NCBI RefSeq assembly: GCF_003668895.1
Contig: NZ_RAWN01000061.1
Span: forward strand, 1 to 48,830
Direction of reading: 5' to 3'
DNA: 48,830 nucleotides
DNA from: Corallococcus sp. AB045
GTDB taxonomy: Bacteria; Myxococcota; Myxococcia; Myxococcales; Myxococcaceae
Positions 1 through 9,900 of the stretch are shown in pieces. The first letter of the stretch is position 1, and each line of letters starts with the position of its first letter. The notes below the pieces were generated by a model. It ran no database searches, was not told the DNA's origin, and worked only from the letters and a program-made list of their open reading frames with translations. A program made the translations under genes and the position numbers.

Positions 1-65
1 GAGGGGGACCGCCTTGAGGTCCGGGGGCTTGGCGCGGGACGCCATGGCGGGGATGACGCGCTGAG

Positions 66-76
66 CTGTCCGACAG
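66..76. promoter_or_regulatory. 11-nt palindrome CTGTCCGACAG upstream of the first gene of the plus-strand operon. The same core sits inside the 27-bp palindromes of the 110-bp repeats at the operon's far end.
   Basis: Sequence read directly: tgagCTGTCCGACAGgaag at 62-80. The identical 11-mer occurs in each repeat unit at 19.5-19.8 kb (aacCTGTCCGACAGtcggacagg). A palindrome suggests a dimeric DNA-binding protein site. There is no experimental support. Confidence 0.3.
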
Positions 77-188
77 GAAGTTCGGGACCTCCGAGCCATG
101 CCTCGCCGTGGTGGGCCGACGGCCACCGCGTCAGGGCGGGCTCCCGTGGCCGCGACGCAAGGCTGTTCCTCGTGGAGGTGCGGACCCC

Positions 189-3100
189 ATGAGCCGGCCC
201 TCCCAGCGACTGATCCAGCTCCTCCCCGGCCTCTACACGGCGCGGGACTCCACGCTCGCGGACCAGCCGCTCCTCAAGCTGCTCGCCGTGCTGGGCATGG
301 AACTGGACGCGTTCGCGAGCGCGGTGGACCAGCTCTGGGATGATCACTTCGTGGAGCGTGCGGGCCCGCAGGCGCTGCCGTTGCTCGCGGAGTTGATGGG
401 CGCACGGCTGATCACCGACGACCCTCGCGTGCAGCGCGGCGTGGTGGCTCGCGCGGTGGCGTGGCGCAGACGGAAGGGCACGCTCGCGTCGCTGGAGGAG
501 GTGCTCTCCGTCACCAGCCTCTGGGACGCGGAGGTCGACGAGTCCTTCCGTTCGCTGCTGGAGACCCAGGACCTCAATGACCTGCTGCCCTGGCGCGGTC
601 GCAGCGCGGTGATGTGGGATCCCATCGGCCTCGCGGATCCGCTCACCCGCCGCTCACCTGGCATCGAGCGTCCCCGCGACGGTGTCCCGGAGCGTGGCCC
701 CTTCATTGGCATCGCGCCGGGAGAGACGCTGGATCAGGCCTTGCGCCGGTTGGGGAGCGCGGATGCGGGCCGTGTCGCCGCGACGCCGCGCACGCTGGAC
801 CTGCTGGGCTGGGCACGTCCGGACGTCGCCCTCATCCGCACCGCGCGCCTGACGCCCGTGGAGTTGGAGGACGTCACCCCAGCCACCGTGCAAGCGCTGC
901 CCAACGGCTACCGGGGTTTCCGCGTGGATCCCCTGGACCGCGATGGTCCCCTGGTGTGGCTCAAGCCCCTGGAGCGCGCGGACCTCACCGGAGGCCTCAC
1001 CGCGCGCCATGAGCCCGCGCCTCCGTCGCTCGCCACGGGACGCACGGCGGCGATGCTGCTCACCCCCACCGCGCTGGCCGAGGACGCCGACGCCGCCGAA
1101 CGCGCGGATGCCATCACCGTCTCCGTCGACGGCATTCCGCTGGTGGGGCCGGAAGCCCTGCCGCTCCTGCGCGGACCGCTGCCCACCGCGCCCGTGGGGC
1201 CCGCGCCCACGCTGCGGTTCGCGGACCGGGGCAGGCCTTCGCCCGGAGACACCTGGCGACTGACGCTGCTCGCCGCGCGTGAGAACTCGGACACGGTGCT
1301 CCTGTCCACCGAGCTGGTGTCGGACGCCCTGAACACCGTCACCGTCACGCCGGAGGCGAACCAGCTCCTGGGCGGCACCACGGCGGCGCTGCTCGTCGAA
1401 CGCGTGAGCGGTGAGCCGCGCCTGCGCGATGTGGACGGTACGTGGCGCACCCTCGCCGTGGGCCTGCGCCAGGGGCCTCCTCGCAGCAACGCCGTCCGTG
1501 TGGACCTGGCCGGTGCGCCATGGGTCGCGCGCATCGAGCAACACCTCGCGGACGGCAGCCTGCGCCTTGCCCGCTTCGACGCGAGCGCCGACGGTGCGCC
1601 ATGGCAGGTGGTGGAGCTCAGCGGCGCGTTGCCTCCGGAGGGTCCCGGCATGTCCCTGGCCGCGGCTGGCGACTCGCTGTTGCTGGTGGCACCTGACGGT
1701 ACGGGGAAGCTGGGCGTGTGGTCGGTGACAGGCGTGGACACCGCGACTCCGACGGGGACGCGGCTGGACACCGCGAGCCCTCGGCAGCCCGCGGCGCGAC
1801 TGGCCCCCAGCCTGTGCGTGCGCGGCGGCCGGCTCTTCGTCTTCGGCGGTGACCTGGGTGGCGCGCCCACCGGAGACCTCTGGTCGCTGCCGGTCACGGG
1901 CGGACCGTGGCGTCCCCATGCGGTGCGCAACCGCCAGGAGCGCAAGGCCGCGACGCTGCTGAGCACGGCGCAAGGACTGATGCTCCTGGGCGGCGAGGCC
2001 GTGACGGGAGAACTGGCCGTGCCGGTGATGTCCTGCGACCCGGCCTCCGCGAGCCCTGTCTGGCGTTCCCTGGCCCCGCTGCCCATCACCGCGAACCTGC
2101 CCGGCACGCTCGTGGCCACCACCACCGCCGACGGCGTGGAGGCGCTCGTCTGGGCGGACACGACGCGTCCTCAATGGATGACGCTGAAGGCAGGCGAGGG
2201 TGCCTGGGTCGCGGGACTGCTGGAGCCCTCGGGCTCGAACCCGCCGGTTCCGGGTGAAGCGCTGTACGTCGATGGTCGCGTGCTCCTCGTGGATCCGGCG
2301 CCGCTGCCCGCGTCGGAGGTCGTCTTCTCACTGGGTGGGCGCGGCTACCTGGCGTTCCTGCCAGAGCTGGCCCTGCTCCCGGATGAGCTCCTGCGCTTCA
2401 ACGTCGCCAACGACGGCGCCGCGTTCATCGAGCCTCGCGAGGGCCAGCCGCTCCCGCTCGATTCCCGGCCCGGTGGCGCGTACCACTCGCGGGATGCCTC
2501 CGTCGCAGGTGGCGCGCGGCGCTACTCGGTGCCAGGACGGCTGCGGCGCCATCCGTTCCAGTTGCGCCAGCGAAGCCTGGGCCCGTGGACGACGCTCGCT
2601 CCGAGCATCGCCTCCGGCATCGTCGCGGTGGATCCGCGCCTGGGCCGCGTCGTGCTCCAGGACGACGCGCCCGTGGGCCGCGTCACCCTCTCCGCGCGGG
2701 TAGGGCGGGGCGCCTCATTGGGAGCGGGGCTGCTTCCGCCGGACCGCCGTCCGCCCGCGGCGTGGGCGGAGCCGGACTTCCCATTCATCGACCCACCGGA
2801 CCGTCCTGGCGACCGCTCCAGCACCGGCCTTCCTGTCACCGCGTGGATCTCCCCGGAGCGCGCGGGCGGAGTGCTGGCGGCCGGAGGCCAGGAGCGGCCC
2901 ATCGTCGCGACCATCGAGCAAGGTCTCGACTCCGGCGCGTCCGTGGTGCTGGCGACTGGAGGCCAGGCGCGACCCATCGGCTCGGTCGGCGCACAAGGTC
3001 TCGACTCCGGCGCGTCCGTGGTGCTGGCGACTGAAGGTCAGGTGCCGCCGGATATCGCGAACCTCGCAGAAGAGAGCCCATCCGGATCGCCGCCGATTCT

Positions 3101-3980
3101 GGGCCTCATCGGTTCGCCGCGTCTGGCTCCGGAGCGCCTGTCACAGGGGCTGGACTACGGGCTGTCCCTCTTCGCCGCGGACACGGGCGCGGTGCCCTGC
3201 ATCGGCGCGGACGAGCACGGCCTCTCGCTGGCGCTCTACCCGGGCTTCGGAGGCAGCGCGGCCACGCGTGTGTGGCTCGCGGGCCTGTGGCTCGCGGGAC
3301 GGCTGGACCTGGTGCTCGCTCGGGGACAAGCGGACCTGCGCTGGTGCAACCTGGGCGCGCCCGGACAGGTGGGACTGTGGATGCCCGGCGGTGGGCACCA
3401 GGACATCAGCGCGCGGCGCTCCCTGCCTCCCGCTGATGTGGAGCTGCGCCTCTACGGCTGCATGGTGGGCGCCATCGAGCTGCCGCCCTGGGTGCACCTC
3501 ATCGCCGCGGGCTGCACCTTCGACGCGGGGGACCGTGACGCCGTCGCCATCCGCGCGGCGGGCGCGAGCGTTCGGCTGCGGCACTGCACGGTGCTGGGCG
3601 CCACGGAGGCGGGCGTGCTGGAGGCGTCCTCCTGCGCCTTCGCGGGCGAGGTGCGCACGGACAGGCCGGACCTGGGCTGGCTGCGCTACAGCCTTCTCGC
3701 GCGCGGTGGACAGCCTCCGGTGTCGCACCAGTCGCGGGTGCACACCGTGTCCTTCCAGTCGAACCGCCAGACGGACCCGAGCTACCTCGTCCTGGGCGAC
3801 AACAACGGCCCCGAAGCGCTCCACGCCTCCGAGCGCGGCGGAGTCCCCGGTGCCCACGACGAGCGCTCCAACCACGAGCGCGAACTCCAGGCGCGCACCG
3901 ACGACAGCATGCCCATTGGCATCACGCCCTTCCACGCCGACCGCAGCCAGGACGACCTCGTCCGGATGAGCCGACCATGA
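189..3980 (+). CDS. Baseplate wedge-like protein (1263 aa). The N-terminal domain resembles phage P2 tail protein I (gpI family), fused to Kelch-type beta-propeller repeats and a long C-terminal region. Alternative upstream start at 108.
   Basis: ORF 108..3980. An internal ATG at 189 has GGAGGTG 8 nt upstream, so it is preferred. The N-terminus (LLPGLY...LWDD...ALPLLAELMG...RGVVARAVAWRRRKGTLASLEEVL) matches from memory the conserved pattern of P2 gpI (LLP...LLPWLAW...KRAVIRDA..HCHKGTIGAIRRVV). The middle has Kelch-like repeats (LFVFGGDLGGAPTGDLWSL, LMLLGGEAVTGEL). The stop TGA overlaps the start of the next gene (ATGA). Confidence 0.7.
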   Translation: MSRPSQRLIQLLPGLYTARDSTLADQPLLKLLAVLGMELDAFASAVDQLWDDHFVERAGPQALPLLAELMGARLITDDPRVQRGVVARAVAWRRRKGTLASLEEVLSVTSLWDAEVDESFRSLLETQDLNDLLPWRGRSAVMWDPIGLADPLTRRSPGIERPRDGVPERGPFIGIAPGETLDQALRRLGSADAGRVAATPRTLDLLGWARPDVALIRTARLTPVELEDVTPATVQALPNGYRGFRVDPLDRDGPLVWLKPLERADLTGGLTARHEPAPPSLATGRTAAMLLTPTALAEDADAAERADAITVSVDGIPLVGPEALPLLRGPLPTAPVGPAPTLRFADRGRPSPGDTWRLTLLAARENSDTVLLSTELVSDALNTVTVTPEANQLLGGTTAALLVERVSGEPRLRDVDGTWRTLAVGLRQGPPRSNAVRVDLAGAPWVARIEQHLADGSLRLARFDASADGAPWQVVELSGALPPEGPGMSLAAAGDSLLLVAPDGTGKLGVWSVTGVDTATPTGTRLDTASPRQPAARLAPSLCVRGGRLFVFGGDLGGAPTGDLWSLPVTGGPWRPHAVRNRQERKAATLLSTAQGLMLLGGEAVTGELAVPVMSCDPASASPVWRSLAPLPITANLPGTLVATTTADGVEALVWADTTRPQWMTLKAGEGAWVAGLLEPSGSNPPVPGEALYVDGRVLLVDPAPLPASEVVFSLGGRGYLAFLPELALLPDELLRFNVANDGAAFIEPREGQPLPLDSRPGGAYHSRDASVAGGARRYSVPGRLRRHPFQLRQRSLGPWTTLAPSIASGIVAVDPRLGRVVLQDDAPVGRVTLSARVGRGASLGAGLLPPDRRPPAAWAEPDFPFIDPPDRPGDRSSTGLPVTAWISPERAGGVLAAGGQERPIVATIEQGLDSGASVVLATGGQARPIGSVGAQGLDSGASVVLATEGQVPPDIANLAEESPSGSPPILGLIGSPRLAPERLSQGLDYGLSLFAADTGAVPCIGADEHGLSLALYPGFGGSAATRVWLAGLWLAGRLDLVLARGQADLRWCNLGAPGQVGLWMPGGGHQDISARRSLPPADVELRLYGCMVGAIELPPWVHLIAAGCTFDAGDRDAVAIRAAGASVRLRHCTVLGATEAGVLEASSCAFAGEVRTDRPDLGWLRYSLLARGGQPPVSHQSRVHTVSFQSNRQTDPSYLVLGDNNGPEALHASERGGVPGAHDERSNHERELQARTDDSMPIGITPFHADRSQDDLVRMSRP
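2919..3049 (+). repeat. In-frame tandem duplication inside the gpI-like gene: 2 copies with a 75-bp period, encoding QGLDSGASVVLATxGQ twice.
   Basis: caaggtctcgactccggcgcgtccgtggtgctggcgactg occurs at 2919 and again at 2994. The first 40 nt are identical and the similarity then decays. Confidence 0.8.
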
Positions 3981-6900
3981 CCGTGAAAGCGTACACCTCC
4001 AGGTCCCGCTTCGACGAAGCCCGGCGATTCTCCGGCGTCTATCAGCAGATGGGGCGCATGAGCCTCGACGCCGACTGGAACGAGGAGGTGCGGCTGCGCA
4101 CCGTGGACGCGCGCCGCCGCTCCGCCGATGTCGCCGAGGGCTCGCCTGATGACGGCTTCCGCATCGTCGACACGTACCTCGTGGACCCCATCCGCAACGT
4201 GCTCGGCTGGACAGGGCAGGGCCTGCCCGCGGACGACGAGCGCACCATCCCGCGCGAGCTGCGCCTGGACCGCTACGACACGGAGACGCTGCCCTTCGTG
4301 GTGCGCAGCCGGGGCCACGTCGCGCTGCGCCGCACGCTGCCCGCGCCGTTGGATCTCACGGCCGTGCCGCGCTCGGACGGCACCGCCTTCACCGCCTCCG
4401 CGCTCGTCATCAGCTTGCGCTTCGAACGGCCGCCCACCGACGATGAGTTCATCGACCTGCAAGTGGTCGTCGCGGACACGGAAGGGAACGAGACGGTCCT
4501 CTCCGCCGGTCTGGGCCAGCGACCCACGGGCTGGAACGACGTGCGCTTCCCCGTCGCCGCGTTCGCGAGCGTGGACCCGGCGAAGCTGAGCTCCTGGGGA
4601 GTGCTGGGCCTGCCGCCCGTGGCCCGCACGTGGGTGGCCGCGCTGCGCGTGGAGGACGCGGCGCTGGGCGCCGATATCATTATAAGAGGCGGTGACGGGA
4701 CGCTGCCGGGCGCGGGCCGCATGCTGCTCGACGGCGTGCGCGTCTTCCTGGAGCAGGACCTGCGCTACTCCGCGCAGCCGGACCTGCCAGAGGCGCCTCC
4801 GCTGGCGGCGCTGCCCACGGACGGCTCGCGGCACCACTTCTTCTTCCTCGACTGCTGGGAGCAGACCACCACCCAGTACGACGACGCGTTCCTGGAGGAG
4901 CCCGCGCTGGACGGCCAGGACACCACCGTACGCCTGCGGCTCGTCACCCAGGTGCGCGCGCTCCAGGGGCTGGCCGCAACCGACGCGGAAGACCTGCCCA
5001 CGCCCACCAGCGGCGCACGCCTCACCACCAACATCCCGAAGGGCGCGCTACCGGACCGCTTCCCACCGGAGCCGCTGGACCCCTGCCGCGACCGCTGCCT
5101 GTCCACGGAGAACGCCTCCACGGGCGAGGGCTACACGGGCTCCGACAACCTCCACTTCCGCGTGGAGTTCTTCCGGGGCGGCGCGCAGCCGGTGGTGCTG
5201 TGGTCGCGAGACAACGGCTCCATGGTGCTCCCGCTCACCGCAGCCGCGGCGGCGGACGCGATGACGCTCCAGGTCTCCCCCGCGAGCGCCGCGAAGCTGC
5301 GCGCGGGTGACCTCGTCGTCATCGAGGACAGCGTCACCCGACTCCAGCCGGAAGGCCCATCACTGCCAGTGCTGCGGAGGCTGCGAGGCGTCCAGGCGGA
5401 CACGGGCACGCTGGAGCTGGCGGACGCGAGCGCCGTGCTCACCACCGACCCCGTGCCGCTCCCCGTGGGAGGCACGCTGGGCCGGGCCTTCAGTCCGGAG
5501 CAGGGCGCGGTGGTGCGCCGGTGGGACGGCGGCGACCTGCTGGTGCCCGGCGTGCGCTACCGCTTCGACGACGGCATCACCCTGGCCTTCGCCAACACGG
5601 AAGGGCGCGCGACCGAATACTGGTCCTTCACCGTGCGAGTGCGCGCGGCGGACGGCGCGGCCCGGGGGGAAGTCGAGCAGCTCACGGACGCGCCCGTGCA
5701 CGGCCCGGTGCACCATTGCGTGCCACTGGCGCGCGTAACAGGCGGCGCGACGCGGAGCTTCGAGGACCTGCGCCCGCGCTACCTGCCGCTCGCCCAGGTG
5801 CGAGACAGATTGGTGGAGCTCTCCGAGCGTGTCATCGGCCCGGGTGTCTTCACGGTGGTGGTGGGCGACGGCGTGCGCAGCTTCGGCGACGTGGACCAGG
5901 ACCTGCTCGAAGGCATCACCGGCGACGAGGCGCTCCAGGCCGCGGTGGACAGCATGGGCGGGCAGGGCGGCTCCATCTTCGTGCGAGCCGGCCGCTACAA
6001 GTTGGAGCACCCGGTGCTGCTGCGCAACCTGTCCTCCGTGCACCTCCTGGGCGACGGCGAGGCCACCGAGCTGCGCACCCAGGGCTCCGGCGGAGCCTTC
6101 TTCGTGGACCGCTGCGGCCTGGAAGGCGACCTGCGCATCGAGGACTTCAAGCTGGTGGAGGCGCCCTTCGAGGACGTGGTGATTGGCGGCGGCCTCCAGC
6201 CCGTGGTGAAGGCCGTGAAGGCGAGCGTGGCCTTGACGAACGGCCAGCGCTTCGTGCCGCTGGCGGAGGTGGACGACGACCGGGTGCTGGAGGAGGACGA
6301 CGTGAAACACCCGTCCGCCGAAGCCGACTTCGTGGACGTGGTCGTCGACCGCATCAAGGCCATCGTCCCGGGCCAGGGCCGCGCGGCGGGCTCCGTGGTG
6401 GCCACGCTGGTGCAGTTGCGCAAGCTTCAACGCCAGCATCCAGGCCAGCCACTGGAGGACGTGCCGGAGGCGAAGCCGCTGCTCGACGCGCTGGCGGCGC
6501 TGCCGCACGGCGTGGTGACGCTGGCGGACTCCAGCGGCGTGACGCTGCGCCGCTGCCACATCCAGGCGAACCAGGCCGGCTCGGAGGCGACAGGCGTGCT
6601 GGTGACGGGCACCTGCGAGCGCATCGTCATCGACGAGAACCGCGTCGGCGCGGCGACAGGCATCGCGGTGGCGCCGTATGCCCCGTATCTCGCGGAGCGC
6701 TTCCTCGCGTCCTTCCCGCGCGCGGGCCTGTTCGTGGACGCGCTGGCCATCACCAACAACCGGCTTGAGCCGCTGGGAGACGCGACCACGGGCATCCACG
6801 TGGCGGACGGGCTCCTCGCGGGCGTGGAGGTGCGCGGCAACCGCATCCAGGGCTTCCTCGTGGGCATCCTGGTGCAGGACCTGGCGGAAGGGGGGCTCGC

Positions 6901-9900
6901 GGGGCCGGTGGACCGCGTGGTGGTGGCGGAGAATCAGATCCTCGGCTCCGCGGCCGTGGGCATCCAGGTCGCGGGCGACGGCGTGGACATCGTGGGCAAC
7001 GAGATCCGCAACGCCGTGTCGGACAGCCTGTTCCAGGTGGGCATCCAGCTGGCGGGCCGGGCGCTGCGCGTGCGCGAGTCGTGGATCTCCCTGCCGGCCG
7101 TGCCCGCCGCGTCCGTGCTGGGCGTGGTGGCCGGCATCGTCGTGGGCGACGGCCTGGATGACGGCGCGTCCAACGGCCGCCCCGCCTCGGACGTGGAGGT
7201 GGTGGACAACCGCATCGAGGGAGACGGCGAGTCCACACCGGGCTTTGGCATCCTGCTGGGCGGTCCGCAGCCGGTGTTCGACGTGCGCATCCGAGGCAAC
7301 GTGGTGCGCGCGCTGGGGGACTCGGCCGTGCGCACCTGGGGCACGGGCGGCGCGGTGGGGCGCCTGCGCGTGGAGGACAACCGCTTCGAACAGGTGGCGC
7401 TCGCGGACGTGCCGTCGCAGGAGGACAACACGCTGGCGCTGTCCCGCCTGGACCCGGGCCTGGAGGCAGTGCTGAGCGCGGACGCGAAGGCCCGTCCCCG
7501 CCCACTCGTGGAAGCGCTCCTCGCCAACGCCACGACCCGCGTGCGCGCCCCCCTGGACGCTGCGCTGCGCTGGCTGGAGAGGCTGACGCTCCGGGGCGCG
7601 GTGGTGCTCTCGGGCGTGGACGAGGCGCAGGTGCGCGGCAACCGGCTGCTCCAGGTGGGGCGGACGGAGGCCTACGGCGCGCCCGGGCTCCCGGACGCGG
7701 AGGTGCGCGCGGCGGGCATCGCGGTGGTGTCCGGCTCCGGCATCACCGTGGAGGGCAACGAGGTGGACGGCGTGCACGCGCCGGTGACGACGACGCAGCC
7801 GCCGCCGGTGCCAGGGCCCGTGAAGCTGCCGCCCATCACCGTGGTGCTCCAGCAACTCAGTGTCACGAGCACCACCGTCCGCCCGGAGCGCGCGGACGTG
7901 CACGGCGCCGTGGTGGGCATGTACGGCACCCTCTTGCAGTACACGGGCGCGAACGTGGACGGGCGCCAGAAGATCGGCCGGGGCCTGTACGGCCCGCTCG
8001 ACACCCTGGTGGTGGAGCTGGAGGACCTGGGGACCGTGCCCGACTCCGTCCTCAATGCGCTGGTGACGGACGTGGCGGATCTGCGTACCGCCCAGGGCTT
8101 CAACGATCACACCCAGACCTCGCACGCGGTGCGCTCGTCGCTGGCGCGCGCCTCCAGCTTCACCGCCCCGGAGCCTGTGTCCCAGGAGGCGTGGGACATG
8201 GTGGCGCAGTTCGACCTGGCCACCGTGTCCGGCAAGGACGCCGTGGCGAGCACCGCGGACCGCATCAAGGGCGCCTTCGACTCGCTGGTGCAGGGGCTGC
8301 CCTCCGACACGCAGGATTTCCTCCTCAAGGCCCTGGCCCGGGTGCAGGGCGGGCCGGGTGACCTGGCCGCGATCGTCATGCTGGCGGGGGCGTTGAGCCA
8401 GGTGGCTCTGCTGCGCGAGGCGCAGGCGCAGCGCGCGCGGCAGCCCGTCATCGGCCAGGCGGTGGGCCCCAAGAAGACCATCATCGGCACCTTCGCCCAG
8501 GCCGCGTTGCAACAGCTGCCGCTCCAGCCGGGCACCCGGGGCGCGACGGCCAACACGGACGTGCTCGTGCAGCTGCGCACGTCCAAGGACGCCCTGACGG
8601 ATCAACTCCAGGAGCTCCACCCCGCGCTGGCCTCGCAGGTGGAGGCGGACTACCGCGACGTGGAGCGCACGGGCGGCCAGCTGCAGCCGGTGGTGGACCG
8701 CATGCGCGCCACGCTCCAGCAGGTGCTGGACTTCACCACCGGCGTCCTGCCCTCGTCGGACGTCACGCCGGAGGACGGCGCGCGCGTCGCGGCGCAGGGG
8801 CTCACCGCCACCATCGGCCTGTACGCCACGAATCTGGACCGGCAGGCGGCGGGCCTCGTCACCGAGTCCGACGACACGGTGGAGAAGCAGCTGCGCGCCT
8901 TCGGCACCGCGGTGGGACAGCTGGGCGAGCTGGTGAGCGGCGACGCGGAGCTGTCCGCGCTCTCGTTGCAGGCGCACCAGGCGGTGATCAACGCCATCGC
9001 CCAGCCGCAGAATCGGTTGGAGCAGGTGTCCATCGCCCGGGGACTGCTGGACCGCATCCGGGTGCAGACGCTGGACGTGCTCCCGGTGCCCACGCCCCTG
9101 CCGCCCGTGCCGGTGCAGGCGGAGCCGCTGGAGCGCTGGGTCTCCGCCCTGGGCGCGTTGGTGCTGGCGGTGCGCGGCATGGCGCCGGGGCCGGTGCTCA
9201 GCGGCTCGTTGCAGCTCTACCTCTCCCAGTACGACCGCGTGCTGGACATCGCGGGCGTCCAGGGGAAGCTCCGCACGCTGGCGCTCCAGCGCGTGAACGA
9301 CGCCATCACCGCGCTCACCAGCGGCAACGGCGACGTGCCCGCGCGTCAGGCCCTGCACCTGCTGGTGGACGAGCCCGCCACCACCGCCGCGGAGGCCGTC
9401 GCCAGATCCAGCGCGGTGACGGCCGAACTGGACGCCGCCGCGGTCCTGCTGCGCGCCGTGGAGCAGGCCCTGGACCCCGCCGAGGACGACGCGTCGCGAG
9501 TCGCGAGGCTCCAGGAGTACCTGCGCCAGCGCGCCGACAAGGTCTCCGCGTCGCTCGTCGCCGTCGTCACCGGCATGCAGGCGCTGGACGCCATCCTGGA
9601 CATGCTGCGCAAGTCGCTGGAGCAGCTGGCGCGCGGCGAGGCGCCGGACCCCGGAGACCTGGTGGACCCCGTCTTCGACACCTTCCCGTCGCCCGCGGAC
9701 GGCCTCTTCGTGTCCGGCGTGCAGGGCCGCGTGCGGCTGGCGGACAACACCGTGCGCGACACCGCCACCGGCATCACCGCCCTGGGCGCGGCGGGCCACC
9801 TGCTGACGGAGGCACCGACGGATCCTGGCTCGCTGCTGGACGTGGATGGCAACCGGCTGGAGGGCTGCGCGGTGGCGGGCCTGCGGCTCTTGCCGGACCT

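Noticed and set aside
108-188. Upstream start of the gpI-like gene at 108 and the overlapping ORF 98..343.
   Set aside because: ATG 189 has a better-spaced SD (GGAGGTG). The 81-nt extension is Arg/Pro-rich and unlike the rest of the protein. It is kept as an alternative.
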